DNA of 64,000 nucleotides from the human T2T-CHM13v2.0 reference genome, Homo sapiens. Where the stretch lies: the NCBI RefSeq assembly GCF_009914755.1, contig NC_060940.1; one strand, written 5' to 3'. Under the pieces are notes generated by a model. It saw only the letters and a list, made by a program, of their open reading frames with translations, did not search any database and was not told where the DNA came from. Position numbers and translations under genes: made by a program. Positions 1 through 18,114 of the stretch are shown piece after piece (the first letter of the stretch is position 1; each line of letters starts with the position of its first letter).

Positions 1-198
1 AATTCTTCTGTCTCAGCCTCCCAAGTAGCTGGGACTACAGGTGCATGCCACTATGCCCAGCTAATTTTTGTATTTTAAATAGAGACAGGGTTTCACCATA
101 TCGGTCAGGCTGGTCTTGAACTCCTGACCTAAGGTGATCCACCCACCTCGGCTTCCCGAAGTGCTGGGATTACAGGCATGAGCCACTGCTCCAGGCCA
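1..198 (-). mobile_element. Alu (AluS-like), truncated by window edge
   Basis: Antisense Alu ending ...gagccactgctccaggcc. Confidence 0.9.
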
Positions 199-324
199 CA
201 AATTCACTTTTAAAAATATAAAGTAAAATTCATCACAGTTAATATATAGACCACTCCAATATCCAAAACAAAAAAGTTGCTGCATCTGCCTCTTTTTAGT
301 TAATTCCCTATCCACCTCCAACCC

Positions 325-1020
<696 letters not shown>

Positions 1021-1030
1021 GGTAGGTATG

Positions 1031-1400
1031 TGATATGGTTAGGCTTTGTGTCCCCACCTAAATCTCATCTTGAATTGTAATCCTCATAATCCACACATGT
1101 CAAGGGAGAGACCAGGTGGAGGCAATTGAATCTTGGGGCAGTTTCCCCCATGCTGTTCTCATGATAGCGAGTGAGTTCTCACACGATCTGATGGTTTTAT
1201 AAGGGGCATGTCCCCCTTTGCTCGGCACTTCTCCTTCCTGCTGCTTTGTGAAGAAGGTGCCTTGCTTTCCCTTCGCCTTCCACTACGATTTTAAGTTTCT
1301 TGAGGCCTCCTCGTCCTCAAGAAAATTGACTGTTAGTCAATTAAATCTCTTTCCTTTGTAAATTACCCAATCTCAGGCAGTTCTTTATAGCAGTATGAAA
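1031..1400 (+). mobile_element. THE1D-like MaLR solo LTR
   Basis: tgatatggttaggctttgtgtccccacc-aaatctcatcttgaattgta start; ...aaattacccaatctcaggcagttctttatagcag end. Confidence 0.88.
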
Positions 1401-1693
1401 GCAGTATGGAATTATTTTAAAGTTTTGAAAAGAACAGTTTCCTTAGGAGAAGCACTCATCACATTACAGCACATAAAAGAATATCTATGTAGTATGTCTG
1501 TTTATTTGCTTACATGTTCATTTTCTGTCACTAGAGTACAATTTTAAAGGAGGCATCTGTGGCAGCATCAATAAATACATGTGAATGGATGAATGAAGGA
1601 AGGAAGAAACTGGTAGCATGTACCAAAGGCTAGGGTGTCAGATCAGCCCTGGATTGGAACCTAAGGCCCATGTTATTAACTTCTGCCATGTAC

Positions 1694-2059
<366 letters not shown>

Positions 2060-2229
2060 TGAGGAAAGAATCTCTTGAAGAAGAAAGAGAAATGCAGAGC
2101 CAAAGGCTTACAAAGGGCATGGTCTGTTTGGGAGCGGGGGTGCGCTCTGAGTGCTGAGAATGTACATAGTATGTGTGCATGTGGGTGGGTGGGAGGAGGG
2201 GGCTTAGCTGGGGATCACCTTGGCCAAAT

Positions 2230-2975
<746 letters not shown>

Positions 2976-3004
2976 GCTATCAAGGGCATATTTATTGATT
3001 AGGA

Positions 3005-3422
3005 AATTATGTAAGGTTCTGTGAGAAATAGCTCCCAAAATATAGTGACTTAAACAAGGCAGAAATTAGGTTTTTCTCTCAGGGGTCAGCCCAAAGGGAC
3101 AAAATTCAAGGCTGGTAGGGTGGCTTTGTCCTTTCCACATATGGCTCCAAGTTTGGGTCCAGGACAGGCACTTCCAGTTCTCACCATCTTTGAACCAGTG
3201 GGAAGAGGGAAAGGCTCAAGGAAGTATGCATTTCCATTTGAAGGGAATGGCCCTGGAGCACACACATCCCATTGGCCAGAACTCAGCACCATGGCGGCAC
3301 CTGCAAGAGGTGCTGGGAAATATGGCCTCTATCTGGATAGCCATGCTCTCTGCTAAAACTCAAGGATTCTACTATTAAAGGGAAGAATGGATATTGGTGG
3401 AAAACCAGCAGTCTCTGCCACA
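3005..3422 (-). mobile_element. MLT1K/L-like MaLR LTR
   Basis: cccaaaatatagtgacttaaaca...cccattggccagaactcag...cagtctctgccaca. Confidence 0.65.
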
Positions 3423-3935
3423 ACTTGCAGACTGTCCACTGGGCTTTGAACTTTATTCTGTCAGTGATGAGGAACTGGCAATTGTTTCTAAGCAGGGAGA
3501 TTTCACATCCAGACTTGGGTTTTTGATCACTGCAGAAGCATGCTTGGAGAATAAAGGTGGGGAGAAAGAAAAGTCAGGAGCCCTGTTTAGATGATGTGTC
3601 TGTTACTTTGTTTTCCCATCTCTGGAGTCCCTACTACAGGCAGGAGCCTGTAGGTTGAGTTCCCAGGCAGGCCCAGATGGAGGGTTTGCAGGCAGGGTGA
3701 GTGAGCATGGGGCTGCAAAGGGAACAATCATCTGTCTTTGTCCTTCATTCCTTCCACAACTATTTATCCAGCACCGTTTCTGGGCACAGGGCTCCAGCGA
3801 TGGTCCCAACAGGTACAATGACCTCTGGGGACCAAGTTCAGTTCTTGGTGAGTTCTCCAGTGCCTCTCGATGTAGGATGAACCGTTGGCATGCTCCACTG
3901 ACGCTGGCTCCTTCTGTTGTTTCTCTTGGCTCCAG

Positions 3936-4047
3936 GACCCCCGCAGCAAACACAAGTTTAAGATCCACACGTACTCCAGCCCCACGTTTTGTGACCACTG
4001 TGGGTCACTGCTGTATGGACTCATCCACCAGGGGATGAAATGTGACA
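3936..4047 (+). CDS. PRKCB: PRKCB internal coding exon (exon 4 by recalled numbering), N-terminal part of the C1B DAG/phorbol-binding domain
   Basis: Acceptor ttctcttggctccag|GAC, donor GACA|gtaagt, candidate branch point CACTGAC at 3896-3902. Translates [37 protein letters not shown](T), the PKC-beta C1B sequence (H-x12-C-x2-C pattern, Tyr at C1 position 22 typical of conventional PKCs). 112 nt, phase 0 to 1. Confidence 0.98.
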
Positions 4048-4166
4048 GTAAGTACTTTTTCTCTCTGGGGGCATCTGCTGATGGCAGAAGCAATGGGAAG
4101 GGCTGCTTCCACTTGGTTTGGGGTCCAGGTCTGCCATACATTCCCCCCTGTCCTGGTTGGGGCTGG

Positions 4167-4700
4167 TGTACCAGTTATCTGTTGCTGCATAATGATCCTC
4201 CCACCCCAAAACACTGTGACTGAAGACAATAAACATTTTTTTAGCTCATGACTCTGCAAGGCAGTCCTTTGAATCTGGGCTGGCCTCAGCTGATGTCACG
4301 CATGTTCATAAAGCATGAACTCATGGTTCATGGTGGATTAGCAGATGGAGGTGGGCTGGGAGCTGTCTGGGCCATGGTGGCCTCACCCACATGTCCTGGA
4401 GGATGGCTGGCTGTCATCTGGGTGATGGTGATGACCAGGCCACGTGTCTTTCCTCCTCAGTGGGCTAGGCTACCTAGCCTCCGTGCATGCACGGAGGTCA
4501 CAGGGTCCTGAGTTTCTTAGGAGGGCAAGTCCCATTGGCAGCCACACTTCAAGTCTCTACTTGTGTCTTTTGCTCCTGATCCACTGGTCAAAGCAAGTGG
4601 CATGTGAGATGCACAGTCACAGTGTGGGAAGGGGCAGTCCATGGCTGTTGACACCCAGAGGCATGAACAAATCATGGGCATTTCTGCAGCCATGCACCAC
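4167..4700 (-). mobile_element. MLT1 (F/G/H-like) MaLR LTR
   Basis: tgtaccagttatctgttgctgcataa...ccactggtcaaagcaagt pattern. Confidence 0.65.
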
Positions 4701-5029
4701 CACTGTTTTCAGCATTGAGATGTGGGGCTGATGCATTCTTTGCATGGAGAAGACCTGTGGCCCTGCAGCACCCACAGGTTTGTGCTGGAGGAGGAAAGAG
4801 CATCATTCTCAGGCCAGGATGTGGTAGGAAAGGCAGGTGGGGTAGGACTCCTCTTTATGAGGCCAAGGCCCGGATGGCCTGTGGGGCAGGGGAGCAGACA
4901 GGCTTTGAGAGCTATGGCCACAAAGCTACAGGGACACTGGAGGTGCTGGTGGCTCCCACAGACCTGTTGGTCTGCAGCAGGCTGGGTGTCATGAGGCTAG
5001 TGGTACTGCTCTCCCAAGGGTCCTGAGGC

Positions 5030-5910
<881 letters not shown>

Positions 5911-6429
5911 GGAGCCTTCTGCCTGCAGGACACCAGCTCCTCTTACCACACATGGGGCCCTAATATAGGGACAATGTCCCTGCCTCAGAGACAGTGGTGG
6001 GTGGGAGCTCAGGCTGGTGCTCAGGTCCCAGAGGGCTCTCCCTTCCCTCCCCACAACTCATTTCTAGTTTTTCTAATAGGCCTGCTGCCTCCTGGGACTT
6101 GGGTGGTCTGAGAAGGGTCCCTTGCCCCCAGATCCCTTGAAATAGGGGCCCATGGGGTGACTTGGCCTCTCCTTCTGGCTTCTCCAACTGGAACTAGCGT
6201 CCCCCTGGAGAATCCTGGGTGCCTGGCACACCTTCCTGGAGTGGGGCATTATTGCTCAAGACCTAGAAGAAATCACCCACCACATTGAAATAGACACAGA
6301 TACTCTACGGAGGAGTGCGCAGAGGGAGTGGATATCCTATAACATGAGAGATGGCCGAAGGCCAAATTCAGTGTATAGGCACATTTTATCCACCCTGCCC
6401 TGGCTCTAAATCTTTTTCCTTGTAATTAA

Positions 6430-6750
6430 TTATGGTGGACACTATGGCCAGCCCAGACCCCCTCTTCATGGTCCCACCCCATCCCCTAGCTGTGGTTCAC
6501 AGCAGTGCCCCATCCTGCATAATTGCCCAAGATAATGCCTCTTCCAGGGAGACCAGATGATTGTGGTGCCCAGCCCTCTTGTCTCAGTTTGGAACAACTC
6601 TGAAGGGTCATCTCAGCTCTGGGCTCCCCCTAACATCAGCTTTGATTGCATCCACGTGGCAAACGAACTTCTCCCCACAAGAGCACTCCCCAAAAACCTT
6701 GTGCTCAAAACTCCCCGTCTCAGACTCTTTCCAGGGAGCCCAACCTATTA
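6430..6750 (+). mobile_element. LTR16-family ERVL LTR
   Basis: ggaacaactctgaagggtcatctcagctc...gagcactcccca...gtctcagactctttccagggagcccaaccta. Confidence 0.7.
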
Positions 6751-7190
6751 GCTGTTAATATTTAAAAATCAGAGCTGTCACGTACACATCGAGATTCCTG
6801 CATACGTTGAGAAATGGGGAATGTTTTTGCTCTGTTTCCCACTTGGCTTGGCCAAGTCCCTGCCACCCCCTTAGCTTTCCTCACTCATGTGACCAGCCAG
6901 CCTGTGAGCATTGAAGTTGGTGACTCTGGCTTCAGAGCCTTAAGGGGTGTGGGGTGTGCTTGCTTCAGACTGCACCCTTGGCTGTGGGTGGGGAACAGAC
7001 AAGTTCTACCTCCTTTGCCCATCAGGGTTCAGGGGGAAGAGTTGGAGAAGCCCTTCTGATGAGATCCTGGCAGGCAAGTTGGTCTCAGCCAGGCTCGTGT
7101 GTCTCAGCTGTCTCAAAGGAGGGAAACAGGAAGGGCTCAGCGGTCTTGGGTGGGGCAGATGTCTGCAGCCCCCAGCCTGGGCCAGCCTAA

Positions 7191-7376
<186 letters not shown>

Positions 7377-7405
7377 TGACCTTGCTTGACCTGTGTGATT
7401 GAGAA

Positions 7406-7472
7406 GGGGAGGGTGGCGGAGGGGTGGGGCAGTCCAGTGGAGGGGTGGGGCAGTCCAGGGACGGGGAGGGGG
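7406..7472 (+). repeat. G-run cluster with 21-bp tandem duplication (G-quadruplex-competent)
   Basis: ggaggggtggggcagtccag at 7418-7437 and 7439-7458; nine runs of 3 or more G. Confidence 0.8.
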
Positions 7473-8010
7473 TGTGGCACTGCTTCTGCCCCATGCCCTG
7501 CCCATGACAGCCCCTCCCTGCAGCAGGGGGATCTTTAGAAACTGTACACCCTCAAAGCTTCGTCCATCAGCACCCCAGGCTGACTTGGGTTCAGAGAGGA
7601 GACGTCTGAGTTCCTTGGACTTCTAACTTCCTCAGGATCCTCCACTTCCCTTCTCTCCTTCTCATTTCCCACTCTTTTTTAGTAATCTTTTGGGATGGGT
7701 AGTTGCATTTCCTTTACTCAGATAGCAGAGAAGGGAAGCTTGCTTCTTCCGCAAACTTTTCCAGCAGGAAAAATGGAGTCTTGATGATAAACCCCAGATT
7801 TGGAGAATATAATATCTTGGGAAGGAGGAGGGTTGGAGGGTGCAATTCAGGGGCTTTCCACATATTTGAAATATTTCTTTCTTGAACCTGATGGTGGCTA
7901 TGCTGTAATTTTATTATTCTCTATATTTTCTGCATGTCTAAAATATTTCATGATAATTAGAAAGCAGGATGGTACAGTCTCCTGGGAGATGCAGTGAGAG
8001 GAGGCGCTGC

Positions 8011-8037
8011 TGGTGGTGGTGGTGGTGGTGGTGGTGG
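8011..8037. repeat. (TGG)9 microsatellite
   Basis: Direct reading. Confidence 0.95.
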
Positions 8038-8746
8038 GGCTGTCACTCATGTATCCCAGCATTCAAGACATACCTGGCTCTGATATGGGAAGTTCAAGCA
8101 AAATTGGAACTCAGCAGCACTGGCTTGAGGAATACTCAGCCATAAGCCCCGGTATAACCAGCACTGAGCTGGCTGGGAGTGGAGCTAAAACTTTGCAGGA
8201 ATTTCTTCTCAAAGGCTAGTGACAAACTACTGTGGACTTTATATATCTAATGAATATAAATAAGGGTTTATGAGTTGGTAACTCAGGAAATTGATCATGG
8301 AAGAGATTAATTTTGCAAAAATTAGTGTTTCTGAGGCCTCAGACTGGTTCAGTAGCTCTGATGCATTGAGCCCTGGGTTGCGGAGGGGCTTTACGTAGAT
8401 TGTGTAAAAGCTGAAAAATACTTATCCCTGTACAATATAATTCTTTTAAACTTGAGATTTCGTGAAGCCCAGTGAGATTTTAGAAAATGTGCAATCCATT
8501 GCATTATGTTTTCCTCCAAGTGGTCGCCTGCCTCCCAGTGTGATGCTTGGGGGCCCCAGGGGAAATCCCGCAGTTTCAGGTTCAAGGGAAGCCAGTTTTC
8601 CCCACTGATTGAGGTTCCCGATGCTGGTGAGACAAATATGAGACTCTGCTTCCCTCTGGTGTCATTCTGTGGGAAATACACTCGTTCCAAAGCATGACTG
8701 CGGGCAGCCAACATTTATGGGCCGCATGGGATGTGCAGTGCTCTAA

Positions 8747-9107
<361 letters not shown>

Positions 9108-9705
9108 TGAACAAAGAAGCCACGGCTCAGAGAAGTTATATTCCAAGAGCTCACACCATTTGCAATAATAATAAAACAATAGCTAAGATGTGTTTAGTTT
9201 TTAAAATGTGTTAATCATTGTGAAAAGCACTTACAGGCAGTATCTGATTTACATTGTTTCAACAACTCAAATGAGTTAAGTTATCATTCTACCCATCAGA
9301 AAACACATTTCCTCACCTAGGTCTGTTTGACTCAAAAGTACTATATAGTAGGTTACTTTTTTGTTTAGTTTAGTTTCGTTTCGTTTCTCTATGCCCTCCA
9401 CCGTATTTATTCCTTTTGTGGTTTGGCTAGGGCACCTCCTATGGGCATTCCTTAGGGAGTCTTTGTTCTGATGTGGTACAGTACAATATTTCTTCAAGTT
9501 CAAGGTCAAAGTCTTCCCCCTTAATCATAGATATGCTGTGAACTTTGAGAACCTGGATCACAAGCCCCCGCTTCTCAGGACACACTGATAGGAGGTGTAT
9601 CCATTTGCTGTGGCTGCCATAACAAAATACCACAAACTGGGTGGCTTAAGACAAGACGTTTAAAAAAAAAAAAAAAGAAACGAAAAGAAAAAGAAAAAAA
9701 CAATA

Positions 9706-10307
<602 letters not shown>

Positions 10308-10701
10308 TCACATGCTGAGCAGGGGTGAGCACCTGGGCCTCTGGCCCCATGTCACAATGCCCTGCAATTGCCCATACACCATGCTGGGCACAGCCTGTAC
10401 TCAGCATGGGCTTGTTGATTGATGGATGATAGAAGAGAGCCCTGATGCTGTGGCCGAGTTCTCTAAAAATAGAGCCAAGATGGGGATTTTGTTCCAGTGA
10501 TTTATTGGGCTGCTCATGGGAAAAGAGAAGTGAAGGAACCATACTTCCTTCCTCAGGCAGGGAAAAAGCTTGGCGAGAGTGTGGTCTCCGTGGAAGTCTT
10601 CTTCAGCCTGGTATCTGGTGGAATTTTGTACCAAACACTGTAGCACAGTCAGTCCCATCTTGAGGCAAGGGGGCTGTTCTGTCGTGTTCCAGGTCAGTCA
10701 G

Positions 10702-11396
<695 letters not shown>

Positions 11397-11399
11397 GTC

Positions 11400-11602
11400 A
11401 GTTACTGCTGTAGGCTGCTGGGGATGGAGGTGGGAAGGTAGAGTAACTTCCCAGGTGAGGAGGCTTCTGTGCAGTTGAGGACAGTTATCTGGACATAGGG
11501 GTAACTGTGAGCCATTAACAGCCATCATACACAGCACCCAGGGGATGGGTGCATTGGCCAGCATGGAGGGGAGCTGGGCAGGGTCCAACAGCATCTGGCA
11601 CA
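11400..11602 (-). mobile_element. LTR16/LTR33-family ERVL LTR 5' fragment
   Basis: Reverse complement tgtgccagatgctgttgg...tgcacccatcccc...ggctcacag. Confidence 0.55.
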
Positions 11603-11979
11603 CTCAAGTTTCCCTTGGTCTCCTGACTGTCTTCCTGGTTTCATTGCTGGGACTCCAGCCCCCTCCTCCTTGGTCTTGGCAAGACAGATCAGAGAGGAGC
11701 GAGCACTAAAGGTTGTGCGGGGTCCTTCCCAGCAGTGCCAGGCCAGAAGTGGCCTTGTGGTGTTTGTGGAATGGCCCCACCTCATCCAGACCCAAGAAGC
11801 ATGGTCAGTATTAGGATTTTCCACTGACCATCAGCCCAGGACACTGCCGTTTGCCCTGAGTGTCATATGTTCTTTGGAAATCTCAGCATCTCTAGAGGTC
11901 AAAGGTTTTCTAACTTGCCTGGCTACTGAAATTGAGCTCATATATCTGTTCTTAGTGTTTTGGCAGGTCAAGATGAGAA

Positions 11980-12455
11980 TAAATCTGATCAGTTCTCCTC
12001 CTTTTAAAAACCCATCAATGGTTTCCCATTGTCTTTATAACAGACTAAATCTAACATGGCGATCTCATTCTTTATTCACTGTCTCCTCCCCCTTTCTTTT
12101 AATCCTTGGTCCTCTGCAGACTGCCACACACCATAAGACATCTGTGCGTTCTGTTTAGAATGTTTGCCATTGCCATCTTCTCTTTTTCTAGCAATTAACT
12201 CTTCCTCTCGATCTCGGTTCATTTTTACCATCTAATAAGCTTCCTCCAACTTCCCCCTTTCGTAGACACTCATGGTAACCTGAGCTTGGCCTTGTGAAAG
12301 GGGTGATTTTATGTTGGATTTGATTAATGTCTGCATCTCATCACAAGGCATTAGCTCCATGAGGGCGGGACTGTGTCTTGCCACTCTACTCCCAGCACCT
12401 AGCAAGGTGGGCATCACTAAATATTTATGGGCTCAATGGCTGTATGTATGAATGA
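11980..12455 (+). mobile_element. L2 3' end
   Basis: agctccatgagggcgggactgtgtcttg...cccagcacctagca...aaatattt. Confidence 0.65.
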
Positions 12456-12804
12456 GAAACCCCTGGAGGATCCTGATAGATAGATATAAGGCTTTCACTG
12501 ATGGTCCCCAGATCAGTGCCTCCTAAAGTCAGGAAATGAAGGTCAACGGATTGTCCAATTTATACCATTATTCTCATGGGAGGTAGAACATGCAGAAAAT
12601 CTTAAGTACCAGGTCCAACGTCAACAGCAAATGTTACTGGGACTGAGACCCGCTTGTTGGAGTCATGACCACCCTTGTTCCCTGGACAATGTAGAAAAGA
12701 CATGGAGCAGTGGGATTTGTAGTATCCCAGGAAACCGTATTGACATCATGATGCCCATAGGTGTCATGAGATCAGGCAATACAATGTCCAGATCAGAGTT
12801 GTAA

Positions 12805-13403
<599 letters not shown>

Positions 13404-13510
13404 TAGACTGAAACATCTCCCTGACAGCCTTAGGTACTCCCAATATTGTGATATTTAAATCCTTCTTAAGATCTGACATCCACACATCAAAAGAAAAAGA
13501 GTACCAAAGA

Positions 13511-13860
<350 letters not shown>

Positions 13861-13871
13861 TTATTTTTGTT

Positions 13872-13952
13872 TAACTTTTATTTGAACTTTGGTGGGGGGG
13901 TACGTGTGCAGGTTTGTTATATAGGTAAACTTGTGTCATGGGGGTTTGTGTA
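13872..13952 (-). mobile_element. L1PA/L1PB extreme 3' fragment
   Basis: ggtacgtgtgcaggtttgttatataggtaaacttgtgtcatggg. Confidence 0.75.
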
Positions 13953-14010
13953 ATATTGCCCAGCCATGCGTCAATTGCAGACAGAAAATTATTATAAACT
14001 AGGCCGCGAG

Positions 14011-14029
14011 GGCCCACTAGGGGGCAGTC
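14011..14029 (+). promoter_or_regulatory. CTCF motif (strong)
   Basis: ggcCCACTAGGGGGCAGtc matches CCASYAGRKGGCRS at 14/14; binding not shown. Confidence 0.7.
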
Positions 14030-14551
14030 TCTGCCTTCAAAGCCATTCCTCCTCGGAGGCTCTCTCAGGAGATGCCCCAATTTGTGAAACCACAGTACTG
14101 TCATTGCTCATAATGGAAGGTGCAGCAGAGACCAGCTACGCTCACTGAGGTCCAGAGAAAGGTTACTTCTCCAGGTCACACACAGAATGGGGATAGGGCC
14201 CAGTTCTGGTAGATCTCCCTTCCCTTTTACATTATTGGTTTGTAATTTTTTCCCAAGTCTTTATTTTGAACTAAGTTGAAAGAATTTTACAGCAAACACT
14301 CATTTATCCACCACCTATATTCTGTCGTTAACGTTTCCACACTTGCTTAATCACATTTCCAACTATCTCGCTCTCCATCCATCAATCTGTCTTATTTTTG
14401 ACACATTTCAAAGTAAACTGCAGACACCAATTCGATTTCCCCCAAACACTTCAGCATGCCCAACATCAATAGAATTCAAAATTTACTTGTAGGGTTTCTT
14501 TTTTTTTTTTAACTTTTGAGGTGAAATGTACATACAATGATACATACAAAA

Positions 14552-14845
<294 letters not shown>

Positions 14846-15858
14846 TGATGTCTTAAGTGTACAATGGCTGAGTTTTGACAAATGCATATGACTGTCATTC
14901 TAACCCTTATCAAATTAATTCTCTTTTTTGATGTCACAGCTGCTGTTGAGGATCCAAGGGAAGGTATGAACCAGAGAAATGCCTTTATGTCCCCACACAC
15001 TGCACTCATACTCATGAGCTCTGGCTGTTGGGATGTCTATTATACCTAAAATCCCTTAGATGACATGAAACTTAATAGTTGTTCAATTTTTTTTGTTTGT
15101 TTTTTGAGGAGTTATAATGCAGTAAAGTAGAAACTTTGAAAATTGGAAATTCTTGTTTACAATTTTTTGTTATGTATTCATTGAAGAGCAAAATGCCTTT
15201 AAAAACTCAATACACCTGCTTTATTTTGCTTTTTTTTTAGTATTGTTGTAATGAAGAAGTTCAGTTAAATCATATCTGTCTATGGAACATCTATCATCTT
15301 TCTCAGTGTATTACTGATAGTTGTCTGCACACCCCATGAGGCCAGGGGAAGGGTCTCTTGCCCATCCTTCCTTCAAAGCCTATCAGCTTGTTAGGTTGAG
15401 GTGAGTGTCTCAGGCACTGAAGTTTTGGGATACTGGACCTAAGGAGATGTAGGGAAGCTGACGTCTTGCTATTCAGTGTTCCTTCTCTTCTTCCCTGGTC
15501 ATTTAAGTCTCATGAGAATTATCAAGGCCAGGCCAGCGTCTGAGGCCTTCAGGATGTGCTGGGCGCGGTCATTGCTCCCAAATGTCTAGGGAATTGCATT
15601 GAAGTGGGCACTGCTGGGACCTGCAGGGCTGTGACTTGTGACTGCCTTTGGGGACAGTGGTCCAGCAATGTCTATTAAAATATGTATACATATGAACATT
15701 TTGACTCTCACGTTTTCCTTTAGGGAATCTATTCTCTTAAAATGAAACACCAGCGTGCAAAGAAATAAAATCTAGAACAAGCATGTTTATTGATGTTTTC
15801 TTTGAGATGCAAAGAAAACATCAGCCTAATGAAGGGGTACCCATTTTATGTGATACTA

Positions 15859-16190
<332 letters not shown>

Positions 16191-16412
16191 GACTGAATTA
16201 AAATGAGAAAATGAGTATAATTTTTGACATGGGAACTGGTTACACAGGTGAATTTCCTTTGTGAGAATTCAAGCTGTAAGATTATGATTTATACACTTTT
16301 CTATAGGTATATTATACTTCCTATACTTTTATTATTTAAAAGTTTGTGATAAAAATTCTAAATAACTAAAAACAAAACACCAATGGGTTAGAGCTACAGA
16401 TATTGGTGTAAA

Positions 16413-16620
16413 GCAGAGGTTGCCAAACTGGCCTGCTGCCTGTTTTTATAAATAAAGTTTTATTGGAACACAGCCACATCCATTCATTTATATATTATCT
16501 ATGGCTGCTCTTGTGATACAATGGCAGAGTTCACTGCGTAGTTGTGACAAAGCTTGTACAATCTGCAAAATGTAAAATATTTGTTCTCTGGCCTTTACTG
16601 AAAACATTTGGCAGTCCTTG
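16413..16620 (-). mobile_element. MER58A (hAT-Charlie MITE)
   Basis: aaataaagttttattggaacacagccac...tggcctttactgaaaa. Confidence 0.85.
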
Positions 16621-17449
16621 AACTAGAGGAACATCTATGGTTAAGTGAAAGGGTTAGGTTGCGTAAAAATATATTTAGTATGATCTCATTTTGAAGAAAT
16701 AAGCAACAGCAACAGACACCTCCTATGTGTGAAGTTTTGTCTGTATATTTTATAACCTGTGTGTGAAGAAAGGTGTGGAAGGATACCAACCAGGTTGTAA
16801 ACACTGGGATCGCAGCAGGATTGGGAGTGAAGAGGCTGTGGCGGTGAGGGGGATTGTGTTGTGTCTCTGTAGTTTTCATTACGTTTCACAGGTTGATTGC
16901 AATACATATCATTTCCGCAATTTTTGAAAAATAAAAACAGAAAAATCTCCAAATAGGAAAAATGAACAGAAATAAATTGTCTCAACAACAATAGCAGAAA
17001 AAAAAAATGAATGGATAATGCCCCAAATGATGGGGTGTTGGTTGCTTGAGGAGGGTTGTTGGGTGGTTCTCAGCTTGAGCAGAGCTGGGCCCAGGCCCTG
17101 TCTGGGTATTTTTGAGTTTTTATTGTCACTAGCTTCCATCTTGTGTAGCATCTGCCTTGTGAGCTGGGCCTGTTCTCCGAGTTTCATGGTGTTTGATGTT
17201 TTTTGCCTTCTTTCAGCAAGGTCGCTGGCATCATCCTTGCTGAGTCGCATATGTTCTGGGAACCACCTCCTCTTCTCTGTGCCTCTCGCCTGGCAGGTCT
17301 ACGCTAAACTGCCCCCTGCCCTCCCAGGCCCACCCCACCTCCAAGTCTGAGTTCTTTGACTTAAACTTCAATCCTGTTTCCCATGGGCTGTGGCTTCCCA
17401 ACCCTCAGTTTCAGTTGAAGCTAATTTTTTTTTCCAGAAATCACTGTGG

Positions 17450-17615
17450 GCCCTGGCTGCTCTGGGTGTGGTCTGGGGACCAGCTGCATCCCATCGGCAT
17501 TACCTGGGAGCTCGTTAGCAATTCGGGATCTCAGCTTCCCCTCCAGGCCTGCTGAATCAGAATCTGCAATTTAACAACATCCCCTGGGGATGCACTGTAA
17601 CATTCGAGCAGCCCT
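17450..17615. mobile_element. MER5A (hAT-Charlie)
   Basis: cctgggagctcgttag...ctgaatcagaatctgcaatttaacaa. Confidence 0.75.
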
Positions 17616-17653
17616 GCTGCAGAGGATCGCAGTGAGACGGGAAGAATGTGTCT

Positions 17654-17672
17654 TTTCCACTAGATGGCAGGC
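17654..17672 (+). promoter_or_regulatory. CTCF motif
   Basis: CCACTAGATGGCAG at 17657-17670 matches the core at 14/14; binding not shown. Confidence 0.55.
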
Positions 17673-18114
17673 CTTACCTGCGCTTGGCTCCTGCGCAGAC
17701 CACCACAGGTGGATGTGCCAGGGGTGATGTGAACCTCCAGCCCCGCGTTGGCCATGGCATCTTACCAGTCATGAAGCTCGGGTGTCAGTCCCGCCAGGGC
17801 TGGAATCCTCTTTCATTGGTGACCTGCACCTACCTGCATGTCCTGGCCTGGTGCAGCATGAGCTTCTGGCTTGAGCCATTTGTGTAAAGTGACCCAGAGC
17901 CTTTCTTTCTTCCCTGCTTTGCCTTTGTCCTCTACCACCTGGAAGGTGAAGGCATGTCTCTGGGGAGCTTCCTAGTCATTAGCCTCTGTGTTGCTTTTCT
18001 GGATGGCTTGCTGCACGTCTCTGCTAATTTTAGGCCAATGTGGTCTATGATTACAAAGGTTTTGCATGGGCTTTGGAGTCAGGCCTGGGTTTGAATCCTG
18101 CCTTTCCCACTCCT

